From Hypanus sabinus (Eukaryota): a stretch of DNA of 64,000 bases. Shown here one piece after another: positions 25,736 to 38,364 of the stretch (position 1 is its first letter; each line of letters begins with the position of its first letter). The stretch lies in contig NC_082722.1 of assembly GCF_030144855.1 (NCBI RefSeq), positions 20,460,001 through 20,524,000 on the forward strand, written 5' to 3'. The translations under genes were made by a program, and so were the position numbers. The notes beneath the pieces are model-generated. The model searched no databases. It saw nothing but the letters and a program-made list of their open reading frames with translations, and was not told the origin of the DNA.

Positions 25736-28700
25736 ACTTAGCCAGTGACCGCTGCGCATGCGCATGGATGTCAGCGAGTTAAATTGGTTGCCGACCGCAA
25801 ATCATATGCTACCGGGATGCGAGGAAACGAGATGATTTGGCGATATGAAACGTTATGAGCCAGCTGCACCTTTCCTCATTCCCTGTCACGCCCACCGTTA
25901 AACGTGAACGCACGTGAAGGCATTACCCGCGCGAGGACATCAGTCGCCTAAACGCAGTAATACCTTCGCGCCAGCGATCACTGGTTTGCCTCGGGTAACC
26001 GGCCGGCGAGAAGTGCCATTGCTGCTGCCCTGGAGCGCGGACAGGCGCGCGCCGCCTCTAAACCTATTTAGCACACCGACTGTTCGTGGGGAACCCGGTG
26101 CTAAAATATTTGCAGAGGACCTAATTCGGGCTTAGGGTTTCATAAGTAGCAGAGCAGCTACCTCGCTGCGATCCACTGAATGTCATCCCTCCAGGCAACT
26201 TTTTGTCGGCCGATAGATCCTACCTACCGACAAGGGGGGTGCACTCCTCGCTCGGTCAGTCACCCTCTCCGGACTGCGACCGCCGCGGCCCCGGTACCCC
26301 GGCCCTTCCCTTGTCCTCTCACTGGTGTGTTGCAATGGTTCTATATGTTCATACGAGGAAAATATCCGCTGTGTGTTTAATATCGAAGCGTTACTTAAAA
26401 TGTTATGATGCTAGTGTCTTATAAGTGAGTTATGTTTGGCTTAACGCTATATTCATGTGTGTTTACTATTAAATTCGTTAAATAAACCCTTTCAGAAACG
26501 AAATTGAGAGGATTAGCCACTTATAAGTGACTTATAGTTCACTTACCACCTATATTCCGGTCGTGATTAACAACCCTCCCGCTCCCGTCGCTCCCGGCCA
26601 GCGGAGCAAAATAAAAGTTGGTGACCCATGAGTTAAACAGGCGGGAAGAATTTTTAAAAGAAGACAGCTTTATACAGCGGCTGTGAAAGTGGGAGGGCTT
26701 TAGTTCAACGGGTGTTCTGATGCGGTTCGATGAAATTCGTCTGGTCCGGGCAGTTGAGGAGGTGATAGTGAGGAGCTATAGCCAAGTACATACACCGGAG
26801 GACATATAAGTGGGTGACAGTCAGGAGCGGGAAGGGCAGGTGTCAGAGGCTAGAGGCTGAGTCACATCCTGAGGCTATGCTCCCAAGCAATAAGTACTCC
26901 CGTTTCAGTGCTGTTGGAGGGAACGACGTAACTGGGGGAAGTTACAGCGGCCGCACCTCTGGCACACAATCAGGCCCTGTTGCCCAGAAGGGTAGGGAAA
27001 GGAAGAGGATGAAATAGTTATGGGTGGAAGGTCAACTGGCGATTCTGTAGATCCAGGAATGAAACATGGATGGCAGTTTGCCTCCCAGGACCCGGGATGT
27101 TTCTGACCGCGTCCATAATATCCTGAAGTTGGAAGGTGAACAGCCAGAGGTCATGGTACATATTGGTACTAACGACATAGGTAGGAAAATGGAGGCGATT
27201 CGGACTACTGAGAGTTAGGAAGGAAGTTGAGAAGCAGCAACTCAAATGCAGTAACCTCGGGAGTGTTGTCTGTGCCATGTGACAGTGATTATAAAAATAG
27301 AATGAGGTGCAGGATAAAAGCGTGGCTGAGGTTTTGTAGCAGGGGGCAGGAATTCAAATTTCTGTATCATTGGGACTTCATTTTTGGCAGCAGTGACCTG
27401 TACAAAAGGGATAATTTGCCCTTGATTCCGAGGCGTGCAATATCCTGGCAAGGTGGTTTGATAGGGTTATTGGAGAGAGTTTAAACTAGGATTGCTGGGG
27501 GATGGGAACCGAGCTGAAGAGACAGAAGAACGGGGCGTTGACTCACAAATCGATAAAAAAAAAGATGTAGAATATATGAGAGGAAGTACAGGCAGGTTAT
27601 ACAGCAAGGATACCCTCATACTGAAAGTTCGAGATGCGTCGATTTTAATGCAAGGAGTATCATGAATAACGTGAATGAGCTTCGAGCGTGGAACAGTAAC
27701 TGGAGCTATGGATGTTTTGTCCATTCCAGGGAGTTGGGTAGTTCAGGGGCAGGAATGGCTACTTTGAGTGCCAGGCTTTAGAATTTTCAGAAAGGACAAG
27801 GATGGAGGCAAAAGAAGTGGAGGCGTGGCACTGCTGATTGGAGATATTTTCATGGCTGCAAAAAAAGGAGGAGGTCATGGAGGGATTGTCTACTGAGTCT
27901 CTGTTGGTGTAAGTTAGAAACACAAAGGCGTCAATAAAACGTGTGTTTTTTTTTTAAAGACCACCCAATATTAACAGGGAGATCGAGGAGCAAATAGGGA
28001 CAGAGATTCTGGAAAGGTGTAATAATAACAGAGTTCCCGTGCTGGGACATATTAATTTCCCCAATATTGATTAGCATCTCCCTCGACCAAAAGGTTTAGA
28101 TGGGGTGGAGTTTGTCAGGTGAGTTCAGGAAGGTTTGCTGACACAATATGTAGCTAAGCCCACAGGAAGTGAGGTTGCACTTGATCTGGTATTGGGAAAT
28201 GAACTGGGTTAGCTGTCAGGTCTCTTAGTGGGAGAACATTTTGGAGATAGTGATCATAATTCCATCTCCTTTACCATAGTATTGGAGAGGAATAAGATCA
28301 GAGAAGTTAGGAAACTGCTTAATCAGAGTAAGGGGAAATTTGAAGCTCTCAGGCAGAAACTTGGAAGCATAAACTGGGAACAGATTTTCTCAGTGAAATA
28401 TACAGCAGAATTATGGTAAATCTTCAGGGATATTTCCGTAGGGTTCTCAGTCGATACGTTTCAATGAGTCGTGGAAAGAATGGTAGGGTACAGGAACTAC
28501 AGTGTACAAAGTGTGTTGAAAATCTTGTCAAGAAATAAAAAGAAACTTAAGAAAAGTGAAAAAAAACTAGTTAATGACAGAAATCCAGAAAATTATAAGG
28601 CGAGCAGGAAGAAGCTGAAAATGAAATTAGAAGAGGCAGCAGGGGCCATGATAAGGCCTTGGCTAGCCGGATTAATGAAAACCCCAAGGCATTCTACAAG

Positions 28701-30532
28701 TATGTGAACAGCAAGAGGACAAGATGTGAGAGAATAGGACCAATCAAGTTTGACAACAGAAAAGTGTGTACGAAACTGGAGGAGGTAGTAATGGTACTTA
28801 ATGAAAATTTTACTTCAATATTCATTATGGAAAAGGAATTTGGCGATGACAGAGATGACGTACAGTGGATTGAAAAGCTTACGGATTGAAATGTCAGGAA
28901 AGAGGATGTCCTGGAGGTTTTGGAAAGCATCGTTGCATATGTCACCAGGACCAGACGACATATTCACCAAGCTTCTGTGGGAGGCGAGGGAGGACATTGC
29001 TGAGCCTCTAGCAATAATCTTTGCATCATCAATAGGGGCGGGAGAGGTTCCGGGGATTGAAGGGCTGCAGGTGTTGTTCTCTTATTCAAGAAAGGGGGAA
29101 GAGCTAGCCCAGGAAGATATAGACCACTGACTCTTACTTAAAAGTGGTTGGTATGTTGACGGAGAAGATCCTGAGAGGCAGGATTTATGAACATTTCGTG
29201 GGGTATAATATAATGAGGAATAGTCAGCCTGGCTTTGTCAAAGGCAAGTCGCGCCTTACGAGCCTGATTGATTTATTTCAGGATGTGACTGAACTCATAG
29301 ATGATGGTAGAGCCGTAAATGTAGTGTACATGGATTTCAGCAATGCATTTGACAAGCTACCACATGCAAGGCTTACTTAGAATGTAAGGAGGAATGGAAT
29401 CCAAAGACACTTTGCTTTGTGGATCCAGAATTTGCTTGCTTAACGAAACCAAGAGTAGTAGTTGTATACGGGTCATATTCTGTACGGAGTTTGGTGATCA
29501 GTGGTGTGCCTCTGGGACCCCTTCTCTTCGTGATTTTTCTAAATGACCTGGATGAAGAAGTTGAGGGATGTGTTAGTAAATTTGCTGATGACACAAATGG
29601 TTGGGGGTGTTGTGGATAGCTTGCAGGGCAGTAAGATGTCACAGCGAGACATTGATACGATGCAAAACTGGGCTGAGAAGTGGCCGAACAATTTCAAGCC
29701 AGGTAAGTGTCAGGTGGTTCAATTTCGTAAGTCAAATATGATAGAAGTATATAGCATTAATAGTAGGACTCCTGGCAGAGTGAAGGATCAGAGGGAACTT
29801 CGGGCCCGTGTCCATCAGACACTCAAAACTGCAGCGCAGGTTGACTGTGTAGTTAAGAACACATACGGTGCATTGGCCGTCATTAATCATGGGATTGATA
29901 TCAAGAGCAGAGAGCAAACGTTACACTTAAATAGGACCCGCGTCAGACCCCACTTGGAGTACTGTGTTCAGATCTGGTCACTTCATTGCAGGAAGGATGT
30001 GGAAACTATAGGAAAGTTGCAGAGGAGATTTACAAGGAAAGTGCCTGGATTGGGGAGTATGGCTTATGAGAAAAGGTTGAGTGAACTCAGCTTTTTCTCC
30101 TTGGGGGGATGGAGGATGAGAGGGGACCTGATAGTCCATAAAATGATGAGAGGCGATGATCTTGTGTGTTGTCGTCAGAGGATTTGTACCAAATCCAAAG
30201 ATGATTTGTACCAGGGATGAAATGGCTAACAAGGGACGGCAAAATTTTAAGGTGCTTGGTGGTAGTTGCGTGAGTGATGTCAGGGGTAAGTTTCTTTTAC
30301 AAAGAGAGTGGTGAGTGCGTGGAATGGACTGCTGGCGACGATGTTGGAGGCGAATACTATAGGGTCTTCTAAGAGGCTCCTAGATAAGTACATAGAACTT
30401 TGACAAATGGAGGGCTATGGGTAATACTAAGTAATTTTTAAAGTATGTACACTTTCGACACAACATTGTGATCCGAAGGGCCTGTATTGTTCTGTACGTT
30501 TTCGATGTTTCTATGCTTCTATTACAGTCATA
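25736..30532 (+). mobile_element. Near full-length CR1 (5' UTR, ORF1 with esterase-like domain, ORF2 endonuclease and RT), degenerate
   Basis: ORF1 WVTVRSGKG..PSNKYS and VHIGTND motifs; GDSDHNSI (endonuclease); VVYMDFSNAFDKLPHARL; CVSKFADD; tail at about 30510. Possible TSD atccatg (25729-25735) / atacatg (30533-30539) restores the Gypsy reading H-G-V-K. Confidence 0.93.
25784..26629. mobile_element. Non-autonomous hAT-type DNA transposon inside the CR1 5' UTR
   Basis: Perfect 8-bp TSD gagttaaa (25776-25783 and 26630-26637); degenerate TIRs ttggttgccgac / gttggtgacccat; absent from the paralogous site near 61670. Confidence 0.82.
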
Positions 30533-31903
30533 ATACATGGGGTCAAGCAGCGCATTTCCACAACTCACCCCCCACCCCCAACCCACTCCTGCGCGCGTCG
30601 GCTTGACCCAGAAAAGCTGCTTTGCAACCGCGAAAGCCGAGTGTACCGACATGGAAAGAGTTGGCATTGTACACCAGTCGAATATCCCTTGGACGTTTCC
30701 CCCCCATGTGGTCCGCACGTCTAATGCTGTTTGCCACCCATCTGGCGATTTCCAACACCTTAGTGAGTGAGGTGACCGCGGCACATCGTTATCCGATCCC
30801 AGAAACGCAAGACATTCCGGCACGTTTAGCCGAAAGTTTTTTTTTGCCAAAGTTGCCTTAGTTCGGGTCTAATATCACGTGCTTGCATGATGTGAGGACA
30901 TTTCCAAAACGGCCGTGTTAACGACGTTTACACTCAGAGTTTCTGAATATGCAATTAAGGCTGAAAAATGCGGTACAGACTTCCAGCGGTTGCTGGACAT
31001 TGTACTAAAAGTCGCAGACTTGGTGTTTGTTATCTGTATGACATGCCAGAGCATCCAAATCCGAAAATACATCTCATCTCCGCATAGGCTTAGAATGTTA
31101 TTACCAACAAGGGGTTGATTATGAACCGTAATAAATGACGGTTTGGGTTGTCAACCATGGCGCTTCTAGGCTATTGCACCTCTCCAAAAGGTGCGAAACC
31201 CCTCCCATCGAAAGTAGCCTCTTTTATGTATTTTCGACGGCCCTATCCTACCATAGACCACAGGAGGATATTGCAGTGGTGAATTTCTATCACCGCTTCT
31301 GTCTGCGAACTGCTGAACTGCTGCCTGCCCCGTAAAGGCAACACGCTAATCATGTGCTTAGCTGGTCAGCCTACATGGCCAGGGCATTTTGCAGCACCAA
31401 ATACTCTCTTCTATGCGCCCCACATGGCGCACCTGCTCCACAACGCACCTACAGCCACTACTCCTGAGGCTTCAGACATGCTGTGGCCGCTATGCACCAA
31501 CAGCTGGTCGGAGGAGTGTGGCAATCGCTCGCTTTCTTTCACCGGCTACGCCGTCGCCCCGAAATGCTGTACAACACATCGGACCGTGAGTCTTTCGGTC
31601 TCCACCTGTGTTGAATTCTGTATGTTGTGTGTGTGTCCCGAATGGCTGTATCTATTCAGTAAGTTGTTCTTGCTTGTTTATTCCAGGTAGTTATTATGGA
31701 TTGCCCTGTCTATAGTAATAGATTGGTCATAATATAATTTGTGGAATTCTGACTCTAATACTGGAGAAGGCTTGTATTTATAGTAAGGTATGATGTCCTT
31801 TATGAGTTTGAATTTTAAAACAAGATTTTTGGGAATGATGTTTGCAACTTGATTCTGCTTGAGAAAGTAATCAGACTGACTTCAACTGCTGCAAGATTAT
31901 GTA

Positions 31904-33078
31904 CACCCTATCCTCGTTATTTGCGTCATCATACTATGCGGATCCACACAGTTATCCGATGAACCTAATAACAAAGTCTCCTTATATGCGTCCAAAACTC
32001 ACAGTTTTGCGAGGAGCACCGGTTTCCCGCCAATTAGTCAGGTGCGCGCGCCTCACAATCTCACTCCCACCGGTCTCGCATTGTTTTTTGCAAGGCGTGG
32101 GTATGCGATCTTGCGCTCTCAATCTTTTGTTGGTTTTACCTACGGTGCAATGATTTCGTGCTTGAAGTATTTAACTATGCCTCCTCAGCGTCCGATGACA
32201 TGTCCTGGGGATCAGCCGAGCGGCAGAGAACCATTTTAAAGCTTGAAAAAGGTTGGAAAGTATAAACAGCGCGGCAACAGCTAAAGGTAGCACACTCTGG
32301 GACGCTATTACCGGGAACAGAATCTTGCCTTTAATGTTCTTTTGTTGCTTGACATTGCGCCAGTCAATACTAAACATTTGGACAGTATTCGTCCTAAAAT
32401 AACATTGCGTTTCCTGCCGCCTAAAACAACATGGCTGATTCAGCCACTCGACCAAGGTGTGATCCATATTCAAGGCATATATTTTTTTTTACAGCGAACT
32501 ATCTCTGACATGCTGCAATCAACGGACGATTTTGAAAATCTTGGGAGTTTACCAGCGGCGAGGGAAAGGTGGAAGTCAGAACATTTGCCACAAATGGCGA
32601 TGGACATGGACCCAAGTTTAGTACGGAGTCAGCATTTCAGCCGTTTCCTGCCGTCAACACTTCTTCTCGACAAACAAATGTATGCAGAAAATCAAAATGC
32701 TGCTAAGCAAACAACACTCACCACTTTATTCAAACTGGTGTTATTTCCTGTTCTGTGAGTCTTCCTTCGCCTCTTGCTGTGCTTGATATGATCCCGACAC
32801 CACAACAACCACTCATCTCTCGGAGAGAACACACTTGCCACAGTTGGTGGGTACTGTACACCCTAATGTGTTAACTTACAACTTACGCTGAATATTACCT
32901 TAACCTGATGAAATATACTACGAATGTTGCCATGTGGTACTGATTTTGTGTCGTATTGTTATGAAAATATGAATAAATTACAGATAAAACCCATTTAGGA
33001 AGCCCTCTGGAATGTATCCCTATTTTCTCCATTTAAATAATTATTCACATATTCCCCACATATAACGAGGATGGGGTG
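31904..33078 (+). mobile_element. Tigger/pogo (TcMar) deletion derivative
   Basis: 17-bp TIRs caccctatcctcgttat / ataacgaggatggggtg with one mismatch; TA TSDs at 31902-31903 and 33079-33080; DDE_1 motif LLDIAP..FLPPKTTWLIQPLDQGVI (ORF 32342-32758). Confidence 0.93.
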
Positions 33079-33222
33079 TAATGTGTTGGATTTTTTCTGG
33101 CTTCTCTTGCATTTTCTACTTTTATCGCCAACAATGTGTTGGTATTTTTGACATTTTTTCTGTATTAAACATCCAGTTCGTTGCCACAAGGACTCTGTTT
33201 CCAATTATAATGACGATGTTAA

Positions 33223-33360
33223 NNNNNNNNNNNNNNNNNNNNNNNNNNNNNNNNNNNNNNNNNNNNNNNNNNNNNNNNNNNNNNNNNNNNNNNNNNNNNN
33301 NNNNNNNNNNNNNNNNNNNNNNNNNNNNNNNNNNNNNNNNNNNNNNNNNNNNNNNNNNNN
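33223..33360. other. Assembly gap (138 N)
   Basis: Run of N. Confidence 1.
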
Positions 33361-33939
33361 AATCAAACGCCTCCGGCAGCAGGAGGCTGAGTTTGCATAA
33401 CCCCTTGAACAGTGATTCGTTCAGCCACATAGTCTTGGAAAACAGGTGAGGAGCTGAGCCTCGGTTTCAGGGAGAAGACATCCACCGGTGTAACATTAAC
33501 TGCCCCCCACCCCACCTAATCCCACTCCAGGTCATAAAAAAATTGTAGACGCATCTGTACCCAGATTGGGCAATGCTCTGGTCAGCGTCTGTTCCCCATG
33601 TTAGTTGAGACTGAAGGTAAAATCTGGCTGTAGATTAAAAAAAAATCTATCCCCTTTCACTTTAGGAACAGAACGATGTGTACGGAACAGAGTGATACGG
33701 CCAATGGCTGGCAATCGGCAGGGTATGTCAGTAAGCTAGCCCCCAGTGGCGCAATGCAGAATAGGCGGACAGGTACCGGCAAACCCGAGAAAGATACTGC
33801 CAGTACTTAAATAGCCCAACGACACTACAGGCTGCGACTTCTGCAAGCTTTGCTCAAGTGAGCGGTCCACTTTTAAGTGAGACCATTCATGATGCTCCCA
33901 CCTAAATATTTTTCCATATTCCCCCACCTTCTTTATATC

Positions 33940-35185
33940 AGGTGCCTATCCAAACGCTTTTTAAATGTCCCCATTGTACTTGCCGCTACCACCATGCCAG
34001 GCAGGGCATTCCAGGCATCCACGACTCTCTAAGTAAAAATGCTTCCGTCTCACTTCCCACTTAACCTACATCCTCACGCCTTCAGTTTCATTTCACGTTT
34101 CAAACTTGGGCAGCAAATACTCTGTATACTCTACACATGCCTCTGATATTCTTATAAATCTCTATCTGATATCCTCTCAGCCTCCGACACCCCAAAGGAA
34201 ACTATCCAAGTTTATCCTGCCTCTCGTGATAGTATAGACGTTTCAATTGTATTTTTGTTATTCTTGGCGAGAAAACAGGGAGCAGTGTTGGATTTAGTCC
34301 GGTTGCAAAGTTAATGCTACGTTTGATACCATTCGCAGAAGAGACAGGCAACTCTCAGGACGCTTGGCTCCATTGACTGAGAGAAATCTTGTTAACACTC
34401 CAAGTCGATAGATTTTCACTCCGCCATCGCAATGTTTCGCATTTTCCCCTCTTTTGGGAAGGTACCTGACCAGCAGAGGCTTCTTTATGTTTTCTCGTTA
34501 ATTGCGGCTTACAAACTTCCGCAATACTCTTCTCCATTAATTGCTCTGCTTTCCAGTAACAGCCTAACTTGATATGCGATAAACACATGGAGGCATGAGC
34601 CTCCTACCCCTTTTGTTCGTCCTTAAATGCACCATGAAACTATCTTGGCTAAAAGACAACTCTAGACGTTATCTCATCATGTAGTATTCGCCCTGTTCCT
34701 TACCCCGTTAACACTGCTTTTAATACAAGATGGATGAGTAAAGCAAAGTTGTAACACCTTCGGCGAAGCTGCCTGTCGCGAACACATTGTCAAATTAAAC
34801 TAAATCTTTGCGAGCTGAGTATGTTCGATATCTCATAATTCACTGCATGTTCATGTGTCCATTCAAAAGCATCTTCTTCCGATTTAACCTTCTTTAATGG
34901 ATAAGGATTTTTATTCAGTTCCTGCTAGTGATGCACGTCTAGTTCCCGGCACACCTGCGTTTTATGGAATTATTTTTAAACAACTGTGTAACTTGTTTCT
35001 GCTAGTCAGTAAAATGGAAAATTTATACCGTTTAAGTGAAAGGGCAGGACGTTCAACTAATCCTCAAATGTATTTTCTAACTAACTTTAGCCTGGAACAC
35101 GCTTAATCCACCACATGACAATTTAGTTCTTATTGAACCGAAGCGGATATTATTTCATGTAATCTATGAATTCTGATATGACTTG
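33940..35185. repeat. Duplication block P, paralogous to about 50590-51845
   Basis: Shared CR1 fragment truncated at the same point (cctctcgtgatag), followed by colinear unique sequence (aaagacaactct..cgtt.tctcatcatg; aattctgatatga). Roughly 70-75% identical by eye. Confidence 0.9.
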
Positions 35186-35400
35186 CACCATTTAGAAAAT
35201 TACAAGGCTGCAAGGAAGGAGCTTAAGAATAGAATTAGGAAAGCTAGAAGGAGCCATCAGAAGGCCTTGGCGAGCAGCGTTAAGGAAAATCCCAAGACAT
35301 TCTACAAGCAAGTGAAGAGCAGGAGTTTGAGCCATGACAGAATCATGCATAGATCATTGATTTCTCAAAAATTCCGCTAATGCCTCACTCCCCTTCTAAC

Positions 35401-35540
35401 NNNNNNNNNNNNNNNNNNNNNNNNNNNNNNNNNNNNNNNNNNNNNNNNNNNNNNNNNNNNNNNNNNNNNNNNNNNNNNNNNNNNNNNNNNNNNNNNNNNN
35501 NNNNNNNNNNNNNNNNNNNNNNNNNNNNNNNNNNNNNNNN
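35401..35540. other. Assembly gap (140 N)
   Basis: Run of N. Confidence 1.
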
Positions 35541-35900
35541 ATTTTCTCTCTTCTCCTCTGTCCCTCCCACAATCACTGCTCACTCCTTGCATGCTCTCCA
35601 TTTCCCTCTGGTGCTCCCTTCCTCAAATCTTCTCCCTAGGCCTCCCGTCTTCTGATCCATCCCCTGCTCCAGTTGTGTCTCCATTTTGCCAATCTACTTA
35701 CTAGCTTTTAGCTCTCCTTCCCCCTCCTGTCTTCTCCTATCAATTCGAATCTCCCCGTCTGCCTCCCACTTTCAAATCTCTTACTATCTCTTCTTTCAGT
35801 TGGTCCTAACGAAGGGTTTCGGCCCGAAACGTCAACATTACTTCTTTCTGTAGATGTTGCCTGGCCTGTTCTGTCACACCAGCATTTTGTGTGTGTTGCT
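35541..35900 (+). mobile_element. Pyrimidine-rich retroelement 3' end, probably Penelope-like (related short tails at about 5660-5790 and 11900-11985)
   Basis: gaagggtttcggcccgaaacgtc..ccagcattttgtgtgtgtt motif recurs at three places; family assignment from recall. Confidence 0.5.
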
Positions 35901-38364
35901 TGGTCTACTCTTGGTCTACTCTTGCCCTTCAGAGCAATGACAAATGGCTATTTGTGTTTTTAATGATTAGACGAAGAAATGAATAAGAAAGATAAAAGTG
36001 CAAAGATATGCCAACTATGAACAACATATAACTGTGCATCTTTACTTAAAAACAATATCTAAAGGTGGCAAAATCGACGAGATTTGAGATGCGAAGTGAC
36101 CTAGTGAAGGAACTGAATGAATGATTTTCAAAGGGAAATCTATACCAGACAGCACATCCATCTGAAGAGGTCTGAGCGGCCACCTCTTGTTTCCAAGTGT
36201 GTATGTTTTATTATTTTCGCGATTTTTTTCTGGATTTTAGAAACGCTTTCAGGAACAGATTGTTGTTGGCTTTTTGTCAGGCAGAGGATTTATTTCACTG
36301 CCGATGTTGTCTGCACTCTCTCCACACGATCCTTAGTCCCACACCTTATCCACGAACCACGCTCGCCTGATGAGCAACAATAATATATTATTATAACAGG
36401 ATGCTCAATCTGTCATGTCACACATGCATCTAACTGAACCGGAATTAATACGTCAATTTACTGACTACTGGCGAAATAAATGTTGGGCATATTTCAGACT
36501 TATTTTGCTCCATTGGGAAATTGGGCAGTTATTAGTCGCCTAGGAGCTTTGTACAAAGCACCATATTCTTCGAGACTACACATCTATACACGTGATCCCT
36601 AGATAATTCTACTTTGCATCGTCCACGATTTTCAATCAAATGTTATGATTAGCCCAAAATTGATTTCGTTTAACGTGACCATGTGCATATCTCCACTACT
36701 TCAATGTGTGCTGGGACAGCTACACAGGCTACAATGCATTTCTCTTTTATTTTCGGTGCCCTGGAATTTCTGTAACTACCATGTGATAGTGCAGTTCCAT
36801 TTTGCAGCTAGTCTTGAGCAGCAAGCCGTGAACGTCATTGAAGTAGAAGAATACAGATTTTTTTAAAAATTGTACGACATTTACTGACCAATATTCAGGC
36901 ACAGAGGTGTTATTGCAAGAATAGCTTGCGACTTGTTTTCACGTCTTCAAATCTATATATCCCTTGGTTGAAGTGAGCAAGAATAGCTGTTCAGTTGGCG
37001 GTTTTTAGCTTGCTAAGAAAGTTTTTCTCGCTTGTGGTGACGAATCTCTGATTTTTTTCATCTTTTGAGGACTGCGGAGGGAATATCTTGAGGGGGGTAG
37101 GTTTATTTCATGGAATGGCAGGGGACTGTTCAATGATATAGCAGACGAGAATATGGTTGAACATATCAGTCATTATCTTCTTGATTGATCGGACAGGAGA
37201 GGGATGCGGAATTGCTTCTTCACAATCTTATAATTAAATTTCTGAGTTTTTTTTTCCAGTGATAATCTCTTCAAATAAATCATAAGAACGTCGAAGACGA
37301 AAATAATCGCTGATCTTTTCGAGTTATACATGTGATATTGATTGACTTTCTTTGTCTGGATGCAAGAAATAAAGTGAAGCAATCCCTCGGGCATATACTC
37401 ATTGATAGTCTATAGCTCAAAACTGCCGTTGGATTTTCGGCTTTACAATTTATTTGATGTATTTACATCTAGGTACAATGTATGTTCGTTTTAATATTTA
37501 GATACTGAAGTGTTCCTGAAATCGGGAAGCTGCACAACAGCGTAAGTAAGTTTGTCAGCTCCATTTCTTTTAGTCTGTGAAAAGATTTCAAAATTTGTGG
37601 TTAATCGAGAATCCTTTGAGTTGAACACATTGGATCAAGAAGTGCAAAACAAATTAGTGATGCACTCATAAGTTATCAATTTTAGATTTCTGCCGTTTTA
37701 CACGAAGTTTATGACATTTAAAAAAAATCCCTTTTTTGATTGATATGGTATTACAAATCCAAGAGCCTGCGTTATCCCTCTGAACAACGAGTGATTCTTT
37801 CTTTAATTGAAATGAACTTCAACAAAGTCGAGTTTGGAGAGTAGGTCTTTGGAGCTGCAGGTATATACAAAATATTTCCCTCACTCAAAATACAAGTGCA
37901 TTATTGTATTATATATGTCAGAATGCCGCAAACTGTTTAGTCTATAGATCTTACGCTGTTTCCCCAGTCACTCCTGCCAACAGAACTCCAAATGCACACA
38001 GACACTGTCATCAGTGGATACTCCACAACCTATAGAATGAAGGTTGGCAATTTGTTCATTCGTACCCTTGAGTTACTATTTTGTCACAGTTCGGTATTTC
38101 CATGACCTCCTCCACATTCCAAAGACGAACGGGTGAGTACATTAATTTATCACATGGGCATAACTGGGCGATACAAATTAGCAGGGCCGGACAGCACTTA
38201 CAGTTTTATATATCAAAATCAAATTCGAATGTTATTCGCACAAACCTGTCTGCTTTACCTGAGATTAGATAATGCGCTGTTCTTGTTGTCGATATTTGCG
38301 AAATCCTTTGTTTTCCCTCATACTTCGTGAATCATAGGCAGTGGCGTGCTCAACCGCAACTTGT

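Larger units (their letters stand above)
22090..25783. repeat. Segmental duplication block Q, paralogous to about 58490-61680
   Basis: Continuous colinear similarity covering unique sequence, a CR1 piece, a SINE and a Gypsy 5' part. 48 of 60 bases matched in a 60-bp sample (23461 versus 59407). Confidence 0.95.
24376..31610 (+). mobile_element. Gypsy LTR retrotransposon (gag-PR-RT-RNaseH), degenerate, split by a CR1 at 25736-30532; its 5' part is duplicated at about 60320-61625
   Basis: LTR end ...tctaca (24612) followed by PBS-like taggcgactcgg. Gag AVALKLLNLW..WFVQIEAQFALR. Protease LCDTAAQISV at about 25378. After the CR1: HGVKQRIST, AKAECTDMERVGIV..PW, VNFYHRF, RNase H EASD..WQSLAFF. The LTR start is a guess. 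Confidence 0.88.

Noticed and set aside
33081-35655. ORFs spanning X runs
   Set aside because: Artefacts of the N-gaps.
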